Assembly (NCBI GenBank): GCA_045630865.1
Contig: JAZQTR010000182.1
Span: forward strand, 1-38,223
From: Victivallaceae bacterium
GTDB lineage: Bacteria; Verrucomicrobiota; Lentisphaeria; Victivallales; Victivallaceae
Length of the DNA: 38,223 nt
Reading direction: 5' to 3'
In this document: positions 16,523 to 24,559 of the stretch, piece by piece
How the letters are laid out: each line of letters begins with the position of its first letter
Numbering within the stretch: position 1 is the stretch's first letter
Notes under the pieces: generated by a model
The model's input: only the letters and a program-made list of their open reading frames with translations
Told to the model about the DNA's origin: nothing
The model's database searches: none
Program-made: the position numbers and the translations under genes

Positions 16523-18651
16523 TTTTTCACCACAATCTGACTCTGGACTCCTGATTTTTCTGATACGGAAATCTGCCAATTTTTGTTGGCGTATTCAAAA
16601 GTGATGATTATATTACCATTCAATTTCTTGATTTCCGGTTTGATATCGGCAAAAGATCCGTTGCTGTTTGCAACTTGAATAAGGTTGATGAACATATCAA
16701 ATTCAGACTCTTTGTCCGGAGTAATTTCAATTCTCCAGTTGCCGTGCAGCTTACCTATATACTTTTTATCATGTTTGGGATGAAGCTCCCAGTTTTTGCC
16801 TCCTGTCCAAAACTCTTTTCCTTTACCGCCGATAACGGTTATTTGAGCATTTTTCGGCCAAAGCAGAGTGCCTGATATCTTTCCCTTCCCTTCGGAAGCA
16901 GAATAAGTTTTACCGTTGACGGATATTTCATTCTGAGTATGCAGCAGCCAGCGTTTACGGTAAGAACTATTGGTTGATATTACCTTGTCAACTACCAGAA
17001 AAACATCTTTTTGCAGATGTATGAATTCACGCTCTGCAAGTTTGCATTTTTCCGGACGGTACGCCTCGGTTGCATCGCAAAGTACAGCTGAATAATCTGC
17101 AGTATGGGAAGTCTTTATTTTGGCATTTATAACTTTTTTATACTGCCCGCCATCCATAAAAGGAGCTTCGCATTTGTAACCGTGATGATCTGGTCCAAAG
17201 TGTTTTCCAATCTCTTCGTTTGGCATATCAATCAAAACGGTATTGTGAGCAACGCTCTGGGCGTAATAATACGGCAAATGAAAACTCTGGGTTCTGCCTC
17301 GTGTTCCGGAATCAATGGCTTGAAAACCCTGTTTGTAAATTGTGAAGTGGTTTTGGTCATAATGGGAGTGATTGCGGGTTGGGTTTCCCGCTCTGAAGCA
17401 GGCATAGGTATCAGTTTTCGTGTTTCCAGAACGGAAATACGCTGTTCCTATGCTGGAAATATACGAGAATTTTGGAACATCCTGTATCTTACCGGCAGCA
17501 ATATCACTTACAGGAGGCAGAATGAAGTCAACAAAATCATCTCCCTTATTCTTTATTCTGGCAGGAAGTTTGTTGAACAGAGCCAATGCCAGCCCTGCAC
17601 TTTCCGGATAAAGCGATGCTATGCTGCGCATTACCATATTCATAGTATCAACAGGCATTGCGTTATCAATGTGATGAGCATCACCAAGTCCAAACTCAAG
17701 CGGAAATCTCTCGCCAGGAAGCCAATTCATGGCAACAAATACCGGAAAATCTCTCATGTGTGTCCACCTGGCAGCTTCATTGACATTGAATGCAGATTTT
17801 ACCGCAAAGAAATAACGCAATGAAGATAATGGATATTCAAGGAATGTATAAGCTACGCAGTAATGAACAAGCGCGCCTGTTCCCGCAGATATTTTTTCGC
17901 GGTGAGCAAGCATCTCATTGAAACCCTTTATTCCGCGTATAAGCTGTTTTTCCGCCTCTTGGTCATCTATTCCATCACCGTAAATAGCGGCACCGGCATA
18001 GAAGAGCAGCCGCTCTGTTCCATAATATCCGGTTTCAACGCCTCCGCAATTTCTTCTGAATGTTGCTTTGCCGTCGCGCTGAATTTCTCTGACAACAGTC
18101 AGGAGTGAGTTGGCAAAACGTTTGCGTTCCTCCGGAGTCAAATCATTATACAGCCAATCGTAGGCAATGATACTTCTTTCATAATGGTTATTCTGCCAAT
18201 CAACAAGGATTTGTTTTTCCAAGGCCCATTCATAAAGAGAAGTACAGTATTTCAGATAATTTTTGGCTTTAAGCAAATATTTTTTATCCTGAGTCACAAG
18301 GTAAACAAATGCCGCATTCTGAGCCTGTTTGCCTCCGACAGTCATGACCTGAGTAAGCATGAAATAAGGACGCTTGAAATTGCTCTTGCCATTTTTATTA
18401 TATACAAAACGCGCAGGATTGAAATTCCATTTGGGATTTACTCTGTATTTATCAACCTGGGCTTTCAACTTTTCAAACTGTTTTTTGGAAATTGTCAAAG
18501 CCTGCTTGCGAATTTGTTCAATATTATCGCTGGTGATAAATATGCGCGGATGATCTTTTCTAAGCAGTTCAAGCGCAGACGAATCTGCTTCAATGGCAAA
18601 TATACTGCTGCAAAACAACAGCATAGACAAGCAAAAAAGCGTCTTATTCAT
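16519..18651 (-). CDS. heparinase II/III-family polysaccharide lyase (secreted)
   Basis: 710 aa. Signal peptide MNKTLFCLSMLLFCSSIFA. N-terminal alginate-lyase/DUF4962-like alpha-toroid region. C-terminal heparinase II/III motif NPTRNHSHYDQNHFTIYKQG. Confidence 0.8.
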   Translation of the reverse strand: MNKTLFCLSMLLFCSSIFAIEADSSALELLRKDHPRIFITSDNIEQIRKQALTISKKQFEKLKAQVDKYRVNPKWNFNPARFVYNKNGKSNFKRPYFMLTQVMTVGGKQAQNAAFVYLVTQDKKYLLKAKNYLKYCTSLYEWALEKQILVDWQNNHYERSIIAYDWLYNDLTPEERKRFANSLLTVVREIQRDGKATFRRNCGGVETGYYGTERLLFYAGAAIYGDGIDDQEAEKQLIRGIKGFNEMLAHREKISAGTGALVHYCVAYTFLEYPLSSLRYFFAVKSAFNVNEAARWTHMRDFPVFVAMNWLPGERFPLEFGLGDAHHIDNAMPVDTMNMVMRSIASLYPESAGLALALFNKLPARIKNKGDDFVDFILPPVSDIAAGKIQDVPKFSYISSIGTAYFRSGNTKTDTYACFRAGNPTRNHSHYDQNHFTIYKQGFQAIDSGTRGRTQSFHLPYYYAQSVAHNTVLIDMPNEEIGKHFGPDHHGYKCEAPFMDGGQYKKVINAKIKTSHTADYSAVLCDATEAYRPEKCKLAEREFIHLQKDVFLVVDKVISTNSSYRKRWLLHTQNEISVNGKTYSASEGKGKISGTLLWPKNAQITVIGGKGKEFWTGGKNWELHPKHDKKYIGKLHGNWRIEITPDKESEFDMFINLIQVANSNGSFADIKPEIKKLNGNIIITFEYANKNWQISVSEKSGVQSQIVVKK

Positions 18652-18666
18652 TATATGACAATCCTT

Positions 18667-19461
18667 TTACAGAGCCAGAGAGACACCCTGTTCATGGTGA
18701 AAACCATATTGCAGAGCATCAACGCTTTGACCTGCACGATTAGTGCGTTTGGTCTTGATTTCTTCATAACACTTTTTGCCGACGTGGCCGTCAATAAACG
18801 CAATAGCTCCGGGAGCAGTACGGTCATCGGGATAGATTGCTCCGGAAGTGGATGAGTAAATTCTTGTATCAACGCTTCCGCCATGACGGAATGCCACAAA
18901 TTGAGGATAGTTTACCACAGCATTATCTCGCCTGATATTCTCAATAAACATTACTGTTTCTGAAGCATAAAATACTGAGGAAAGTTTTCTTGACTTGTAT
19001 TTGTTATCCGTATAACTTTTGTTTTTTATTCCAAGATGCGGATTGCTTGAATAGTGTGTGTATTTGTAACCTTTGGTTGAGTCGGAAGAAAATTCAGTAC
19101 CCTCCAGCGGACATATCATCTGTCCTTTGGTTTGGGTATTTCCAGCATAAGCTATTCCCCAACCTTTGGAATATTTTTTGCCGTTTATATCAACACCGGA
19201 AATAGTTTCAAACCAGTATTTTCCGGTTGAACCTACGGTCGCAAGAATCCAGTCATTACTATCAGCCGTGTATTGAGCAGAAGCGGCAGCAAGAGATTTG
19301 AGATTGTTTGTACAGCTCATGCCTTTGGCTCTGTTGCGGGAGGACTGAAGCGCAGGCATAAGAATTGAGGCAAGTATTGCAATAATAGCTATAACAACCA
19401 GAAGCTCAATAAGAGTGAATTTGCGGTGGGGGGTGGTTATTGATAAATTATGCTTATTCAT
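18667..19461 (-). CDS. prepilin-type N-terminal methylation-domain protein (pseudopilin-like, DUF1559/H-X-DG type)
   Basis: The N-terminus has a 13-aa leader, then [25 protein letters not shown]. The C-terminal region has AFRHGG...[17 protein letters not shown]. 15-nt gap to the lyase start. Confidence 0.85.
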   Translation of the reverse strand: MNKHNLSITTPHRKFTLIELLVVIAIIAILASILMPALQSSRNRAKGMSCTNNLKSLAAASAQYTADSNDWILATVGSTGKYWFETISGVDINGKKYSKGWGIAYAGNTQTKGQMICPLEGTEFSSDSTKGYKYTHYSSNPHLGIKNKSYTDNKYKSRKLSSVFYASETVMFIENIRRDNAVVNYPQFVAFRHGGSVDTRIYSSTSGAIYPDDRTAPGAIAFIDGHVGKKCYEEIKTKRTNRAGQSVDALQYGFHHEQGVSLAL

Positions 19462-19484
19462 GTTTTCTTCCTTAAACTGAATTA

Positions 19485-19526
19485 CGGCATCAACAAAATC
19501 AATGTTGATGCCGATTTTTGTTTTTA
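19485..19526. terminator. strong hairpin between the GH88/105 gene and the pseudopilin gene (terminator-like)
   Basis: Perfect 10-bp stem CGGCATCAAC (19485-19494) / GTTGATGCCG (19504-19513) with a 9-nt loop. The T-tract ATTTTTGTTTTT follows on the plus strand. On the minus (gene) strand the tail is only TAATTCAGTTT. Confidence 0.5.
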
Positions 19527-20612
19527 CGCTTCAAAAGCAGGAATCAAACCGGCTTTTTCCATTATTGCAGCTTGACCGAAGGCAAGAATAATCGGACCGA
19601 AAGCGTGAGTATCATTGACCTGATAACGCCATGCAGCGTAATCTTCCGGACGTCCGAGATTGGGGCAGAGACATCCGACGCAGCAGTGGTGGATCGAGCC
19701 GTCAAGAGCGATGTAGCGTTTGAGGCCGTTGATCGCTTTGATGATAGCTGCGGTATAGAGATCTTTGTCGACCAGCCCCATCTCGATCGCTCTGCCCATC
19801 GCATAGATGATAAGGCAGGTTGAGGAGGATTCAACAAAGCTGTCAGGCATATCAAGAACCTGATGGAACATGCCGTCGGCATCCTGAACCGCAAGACATC
19901 CCTCAAGGTTTGCAACAAGCGCATTCTTGAAGAACTCATAATCCGGATGATCTTTTCCGAGATCGGAAACCAGCTCTGTCAGAGTGTAAACACCCCAGCC
20001 CTCACCGCGTCCCCAGAAAGCAGTAAGCTGATTGGGAGCATCGTTGAAGTTGATCGCCTGATGGTAGAGTTTGGCTTCAGTATTGAAGAGCAGACGGTGG
20101 TGTCCCTTCATCTGATGAACTGCGTCATCGATGTACTTCTGCTCGCCGAAAGCCTGTCCCAACCACATCATAAAAGGACAGACGCCGAAACAGGTATCAA
20201 TCCAGAGTGCGCCATTGGCGTTTCCCGGCTTCTGCGGAACCCGGGGGTGATTGAAGTAACCTTCGGTATCCCTGCCCTGTTCGGTGTACAGCATCTCTGC
20301 ATAACGGCGGAGAATACCTTCGGCCTCATCGAGCAAACCGGATTTATAGAGGAAAGCAGTTGCATTTCCGCCGATGCAGTAACAACGCTTTCCGAATACT
20401 CCGCCGGCATTCTCAAAAGCTCCGTTGATGTACGGGGTAACATACTCCTTAAGGTCGGCAAGCAGAGCCTGATCATCAAATGCGATCGCATATCTGGCAA
20501 CTGCGGTCATTCCCAGCACGTTGGCGTAGTGATTAGGCTTGGTCAATTCTTTCTCAAGCTGCCAGGTGCGCTTGACAATATCGTGGTAAGTCATGATCAG
20601 CGTCCCATCCAT
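19524..20612 (-). CDS. GH88/GH105-family unsaturated glycuronyl (rhamnogalacturonyl/glucuronyl) hydrolase
   Basis: [54 protein letters not shown] match the (alpha/alpha)6 GH105/GH88 pattern. No signal peptide. An alternative start at ATG 20594 lies 2 nt after the kduD stop. ATG 20612 overlaps kduD by 16 nt. Confidence 0.8.
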   Translation of the reverse strand: MDGTLIMTYHDIVKRTWQLEKELTKPNHYANVLGMTAVARYAIAFDDQALLADLKEYVTPYINGAFENAGGVFGKRCYCIGGNATAFLYKSGLLDEAEGILRRYAEMLYTEQGRDTEGYFNHPRVPQKPGNANGALWIDTCFGVCPFMMWLGQAFGEQKYIDDAVHQMKGHHRLLFNTEAKLYHQAINFNDAPNQLTAFWGRGEGWGVYTLTELVSDLGKDHPDYEFFKNALVANLEGCLAVQDADGMFHQVLDMPDSFVESSSTCLIIYAMGRAIEMGLVDKDLYTAAIIKAINGLKRYIALDGSIHHCCVGCLCPNLGRPEDYAAWRYQVNDTHAFGPIILAFGQAAIMEKAGLIPAFEA

Positions 20613-21361
20613 CCGCCGTCGACCAGATAGATCGAACCGTCGACATAATCACTGGCTGCAGAAGCGAGGAACACAGCGACGCCTTTGAAGTCTTCCGGGG
20701 TTCCCCAGCGTCCGGCAGGAATACGCTCAAGAATCTGGCGGCTGCGGGTCTCATCGGCACGCAGAGCGGCAGTATTGTCAGTGGCAATATATCCCGGAGC
20801 AATACCGTTGACATTGACACCATACTTCGCCCACTCGTTGGAAAGTGCCATGACCAGTTCGCCGACTCCGGCCTTGCTGGCGGCATATCCCGGAACGGTC
20901 ACGCCGCCCTGGAAAGTGAGAAGACTGCAGGTAAAAACAATCTTGCCGCTTCTGCGCTCGACCATATCGCGTCCGAACTCACGGGCCATGATGAACTGGG
21001 CGTCGAGGTTGATGGCGATGATTTTATCCCAGTACTCATCAGGATGCTCGACTGCAGGCTTGCGCAGGATGTGTCCGGCATTGTTGAAAAGGATATCGAT
21101 GACCGGATGATCTTTTTTCACCTGGGCAATAAAACGGTAGAGATCTTCGCGGTCAGAGAAATCGCAGGTGTAGCGGTAGAAGTTGCGTCCCAGAGCTTTG
21201 ATCTCCTGCTCGACTTCGCTGTTTTCTTCAAGATTGGCACTGACACCGATGATATCGGCTCCGGCTTCGGCAAGACCTACGGCGATACCGCGGCCGATAC
21301 CGCGGCGGCAGCCGGAAACCAGAGCGATCTTTCCATCAAGTTTGAATTTGTCAAGAATCAT
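20597..21361 (-). CDS. kduD: 2-dehydro-3-deoxy-D-gluconate 5-dehydrogenase (SDR)
   Basis: N-terminus MILDKFKLDGKIALVSGCRRGIGRGIAVGLAEAGADIIG closely parallels KduD. NNAG, the Y-x3-K motif (YAASKAG) and the C-terminal GG.MGR are present. GGAG SD 9 nt upstream. Confidence 0.85.
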   Translation of the reverse strand: MILDKFKLDGKIALVSGCRRGIGRGIAVGLAEAGADIIGVSANLEENSEVEQEIKALGRNFYRYTCDFSDREDLYRFIAQVKKDHPVIDILFNNAGHILRKPAVEHPDEYWDKIIAINLDAQFIMAREFGRDMVERRSGKIVFTCSLLTFQGGVTVPGYAASKAGVGELVMALSNEWAKYGVNVNGIAPGYIATDNTAALRADETRSRQILERIPAGRWGTPEDFKGVAVFLASAASDYVDGSIYLVDGGWMGR

Positions 21362-21367
21362 TTTCTT

Positions 21368-22396
21368 TTACTCCTCAATATTTCCACATTTGATAAGTGT
21401 TTTAAGAGCGGTTGCACTGCCGGTATTCGAGGCAAATGCCTGTTCGATATCATCAAGGTCATAGACGCCGGTGATGATCTTTTCAAGCGGCATGTTTCCT
21501 GAAGCGGCAACTTCGAGAGCGGCATCGAAATCCTCTGCCTCGTAGAGGCGGGCACCGAAGAGCTGCAGCTCTCTCCAGAAAAACTTGTGGAGATTGACCG
21601 GAACCGGCTGGCTGTAAATACCGACTGCCACAATGCGTCCACGGGTACGGACGAGCTCGGTCATGATCTCTGCGGCAGGAACGCTGGCTGTAACCTCAAA
21701 GAGAACATCAGCTCCTGCGCCGCCGGTCGCCTCGTTGACCTTGGCAACAATATCTTCTGTTTTGGGATTGACTGTTTCAAATCCGCAGTTGCGGGCAAAC
21801 TCAAGACGGTAGTCGTTGATCTCAGAGATCATCACCCGAGCTCCGGCAGCCTTGGCAACCATTGCGATAAGCAGTCCGATGGGACCGCCGCCCATAACCA
21901 GAGCGAATTCACCTTTGACCAGTCCGGAAGTGCGGACATCGTGACAGGCGACAGCAATAGGCTCAATGAGAGCAGCCTCTTTCAGAGAAAGGTTATCCGG
22001 AACCTTGTAGAGGGTACGCTCTTTGACAGTCCAGAACTCCTGAAAGGCTCCGATGCTGTCAATACCCATAAATTTGAGATTCATACAGATATGGGAGTGA
22101 CCGGCTTTGCACGCGGGGCAGTCACTGCACCAGTCAAGCGGACGAACCACGACACGGTCGCCGGGAGCAAAACGGGTAACTCCGCTGCCGACCTTTTCGA
22201 CAACAGCAGAGGCTTCGTGACCGATTACCTGCGGAGGGGAAACACGTTTATCCATCTTTCCGTGAAAAATATGCATATCCGTTCCGCAGATACCGCAGTA
22301 TGCCATACGCAGCATAACTTCATCTGCTTTCGGCTCCACTGCCTGCGCATCGCGGATATCAAAGCGTCCCTCGCTGACATAATATGAGGCTTTCAT
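21368..22396 (-). CDS. zinc-dependent medium-chain dehydrogenase (sorbitol/threonine-dehydrogenase-like)
   Basis: GICGTDMHIFHGK, GHEASAVVEKVG, structural-zinc Cys cluster (C.DC.AC..G....C), Rossmann GGGPIGLL. The ORF track starts at 22423. ATG 22396 (MKASYYV) has AAGGAG 8 nt upstream. Confidence 0.85.
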   Translation of the reverse strand: MKASYYVSEGRFDIRDAQAVEPKADEVMLRMAYCGICGTDMHIFHGKMDKRVSPPQVIGHEASAVVEKVGSGVTRFAPGDRVVVRPLDWCSDCPACKAGHSHICMNLKFMGIDSIGAFQEFWTVKERTLYKVPDNLSLKEAALIEPIAVACHDVRTSGLVKGEFALVMGGGPIGLLIAMVAKAAGARVMISEINDYRLEFARNCGFETVNPKTEDIVAKVNEATGGAGADVLFEVTASVPAAEIMTELVRTRGRIVAVGIYSQPVPVNLHKFFWRELQLFGARLYEAEDFDAALEVAASGNMPLEKIITGVYDLDDIEQAFASNTGSATALKTLIKCGNIEE

Positions 22397-22425
22397 TTCG
22401 CAAACTCCTTTTTGTTTCATCATAG

Positions 22426-22454
22426 ATGAATATGTTTTACATCCAAATATTCAT
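22426..22454. promoter_or_regulatory. candidate operator: perfect 8-bp inverted repeat ATGAATAT-N13-ATATTCAT
   Basis: Plus strand: ATGAATAT (22426-22433), 13 nt, ATATTCAT (22447-22454). It directly abuts the -10 of the candidate promoter of the ADH-kduD-GH88/105 operon and covers the expected transcription start. Confidence 0.4.
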
Positions 22455-22483
22455 ATTATACACCGGATTAACGGTGATTGCAA
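22455..22483 (-). promoter_or_regulatory. candidate sigma-70-type promoter of the Zn-ADH/kduD/GH88-105 operon
   Basis: Minus strand: TTGCAA (22483-22478), 17-nt spacer, consensus TATAAT (22460-22455), about 60 nt upstream of ATG 22396. Confidence 0.5.
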
Positions 22484-22621
22484 GTAAAAAAGCAGCAACT
22501 TTTACTATTTTTGCAGACATCAGCCGATTATCATATAAAAAACACGATTTTTCTGTAAAATGCATTGCATCTGCGCCTGAAAAATCCCTGAAATACCATC
22601 CGCAAAAAAAGTAAAAAACTG

Positions 22622-22657
22622 AACAATAAAAAATGCAGAACTTTTGAAGTTCTGCAT
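22622..22657 (-). terminator. intrinsic terminator after the sigma-54 regulator gene
   Basis: 25-nt palindrome ATGCAGAACTT-TTG-AAGTTCTGCAT (22633-22657): 11-bp stem, 3-nt loop. On the minus strand it is followed by TTTTTATTGTTC. It lies 18 nt after the stop codon. Confidence 0.8.
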
Positions 22658-22675
22658 CTGTGATTTCTGCTGTTT

Positions 22676-24076
22676 TTACTCTTTGTTTTCAGCGTGTTCG
22701 AGAAGTCTTCTCTGGATAGTCCGGCGACTGATACCGAGCCTTTCAGCGGCTTTTGTCCGATTGCCGTTGCACTCGGCGAGCACCTTTTCGATCAGCTCCC
22801 ATTCGACATCACGGATCGCCTGTCCGGAAACCTGCTGTCCACCGGAAACCTCTTCCGGAGCGACTGGAATATCTTCACCGGCAGAAGAACCATTGCGTAT
22901 CTCTTCTGGAAGATCGCCCGGAGCGATAACTCCGCCTTTGAGCAAAACCACTACAGACTCCATGCAGTTGCGCAACTGCCGGATATTTCCCGGCCAATCG
23001 CATGCAACCAGTGCAGACATCGCCTCTGGGGCGACTTCCGGAACAGCTTTGCCGTTTTCCGCTGCAAACTCTCTGATGAATTTATCGACCAGAAGAGGTA
23101 TCTCATCCCGTCTGCGGCGCAGCGGCGGCAGCTCAAGATCGATGACAGCCAGACGGTAGTAGAGGTCTTCTCTGAATGTTCCCACTCTCACCATCTGCTT
23201 CAAATCTTTGTTGGTAGCGGATATCAGACGGAAGTCACTTTTTACCTGTTCTACGCCGCCGACACGCTCGAAACATCTTGTTTCAAGAACGCGCAGAAGT
23301 TTCACCTGGGTAGGCAGATCGATCTCTCCGACCTCATCCAGAAAAATGGTTCCGCCATCCGCAGCTTCAAATTTACCCTGGCGGCGTTCAGAGGCACCGG
23401 TAAAGGCTCCTTTTTCGTAGCCGAAGAGTTCACTTTCAAGCAAAGTTGAGGTCAATGCGGCACAATGGACAGCGACAAACTTACCTTTACGGAGACTCTT
23501 TTCATGGATCAGACGGGCAATGACCTCTTTGCCGGTTCCACTCTCTCCGGTAAGAAGAACGGTCGCTCTGCTCGGTGCAACATCACAAGCGGTATCGTAG
23601 ACCTGCTTCATCGCACTGCCGTCGCCGGGAGTAACCATCGAGGCGGAATCACCCGATGAAGGTACTGCCTTTTCGGCAATATCTGTTTTGGCATCGGCTT
23701 GCGCATCCCCTGCCCTCGACAATGCGGAAGAGATGACTGTTTCAAGTTGATCAAGCTTTACCGGCTTTGAGACAAAATCAAAGGCTCCGGCTTTCACCGC
23801 CTTCACCGCGTCTACGATCGAACCATAGGCGGTAAGCACGATACAGGGAGTCTTTCTGCCGGAGTTATTGGCCTTTTCAAGCACTTCAAATCCGTCAGCT
23901 CCCGGCATTCGCAAGTCGGTCAGAACCAGATCGTAATTGGTATTTTCCAACTTGCTGATCGCCTCGACGCCATCCATTGCCGTATCCACATCATAGCGGC
24001 GGCGCAGATAGCGTCCGAGCAGCTCTCTGGTGTTGAATTCATCGTCGGCGATGAGCAGTTTGTAAGACTTTGACAT
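22676..24076 (-). CDS. sigma-54-dependent Fis-family response regulator (NtrC/AtoC type)
   Basis: REC domain (LLIADDE...LVLTDLRMPGADG...K), AAA+ domain (GESGTGKE, GTIFLDEV), sigma-54 contact loop ESELFGYEKGAFTGA, C-terminal HTH GNRTKAAERLGISRRTIQRRL. Confidence 0.92.
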   Translation of the reverse strand: MSKSYKLLIADDEFNTRELLGRYLRRRYDVDTAMDGVEAISKLENTNYDLVLTDLRMPGADGFEVLEKANNSGRKTPCIVLTAYGSIVDAVKAVKAGAFDFVSKPVKLDQLETVISSALSRAGDAQADAKTDIAEKAVPSSGDSASMVTPGDGSAMKQVYDTACDVAPSRATVLLTGESGTGKEVIARLIHEKSLRKGKFVAVHCAALTSTLLESELFGYEKGAFTGASERRQGKFEAADGGTIFLDEVGEIDLPTQVKLLRVLETRCFERVGGVEQVKSDFRLISATNKDLKQMVRVGTFREDLYYRLAVIDLELPPLRRRRDEIPLLVDKFIREFAAENGKAVPEVAPEAMSALVACDWPGNIRQLRNCMESVVVLLKGGVIAPGDLPEEIRNGSSAGEDIPVAPEEVSGGQQVSGQAIRDVEWELIEKVLAECNGNRTKAAERLGISRRTIQRRLLEHAENKE

Positions 24077-24096
24077 AAGCGATCTGCAGGTGTTGA

Positions 24097-24558
24097 TTAT
24101 CTGCCGCCGGTGACGGCGCGTTCAAGCTCCATCTGGAAGAGCTGAATATCTTCCTGGGTCGGCTGATCACCGATCAGGTTTTCCAAACCGAGACGTCCGG
24201 TGCGGTCGAGATACCAGTCAGCTTTCGAGCCGGAGGCGAACTTCACAGAACCTGAAAGTGCCATTCCGGGACGTACAAGTTTACTGATCTCAACGACGGT
24301 CTTTCCGGCTTCATCCTGATTTTCAGCGGCGGGTTCAGCATTTTCTCCGGCAGGAGTCTCTTCTTCACTTTTGACCGGATGGGGATCGCTTTTTTTCCAA
24401 TCCACATCGAGTGTTGAAGCGATAATGCGGACATCCATATAGGTCAGAGCAACTTTAAGTTCGCTGTTGATCTTCGTCTGGGCGTCTGAAAGAGAAACTC
24501 CCTCTGCAAGAAGCTGTGCGAGCAGCTGTTTGACCTGATTTTCGGTATTCTTATCCAT
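24097..24558 (-). CDS. hypothetical protein (153 aa, two small domains joined by an acidic linker)
   Basis: The ORF is tightly packed between der (1-nt gap) and the sigma-54 regulator (20-nt gap). Its composition is like the neighbouring genes. No motif recognised. Confidence 0.6.
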   Translation of the reverse strand: MDKNTENQVKQLLAQLLAEGVSLSDAQTKINSELKVALTYMDVRIIASTLDVDWKKSDPHPVKSEEETPAGENAEPAAENQDEAGKTVVEISKLVRPGMALSGSVKFASGSKADWYLDRTGRLGLENLIGDQPTQEDIQLFQMELERAVTGGR

Positions 24559-24559
24559 T

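Noticed and set aside
19498-19513. Sigma-54-like element upstream of the pseudopilin gene. The minus strand reads CGGCAT-CAACA-TTGAT, against the consensus TGGCAC-N5-TTGCA.
   Set aside because: The nearly invariant GC of the -12 element is GA here. The sequence is simply one arm plus loop of the 10-bp terminator-like hairpin. It is kept in mind only because a sigma-54 activator lies 3 kb away.
22511-22527. GG...GC pair (minus strand TCGGCTGATGTCTGCAA) upstream of the uronate operon, considered as a possible -24/-12 promoter for the adjacent sigma-54 activator.
   Set aside because: The spacing between GG and GC is 9 nt, not 10, and the flanking bases do not match TGGCAC/TTGCW. A near-consensus sigma-70 promoter lies closer to the operon.
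22426-22614. 62-aa plus-strand ORF (MNMFYIQIFILYTGLTVIASKK...) filling the intergenic region between the Zn-ADH and the sigma-54 regulator.
   Set aside because: There is no SD before its ATG. It runs through the promoter/operator and the AT-rich spacer on the opposite strand from all neighbouring genes. Its composition simply reflects AT-rich non-coding DNA.
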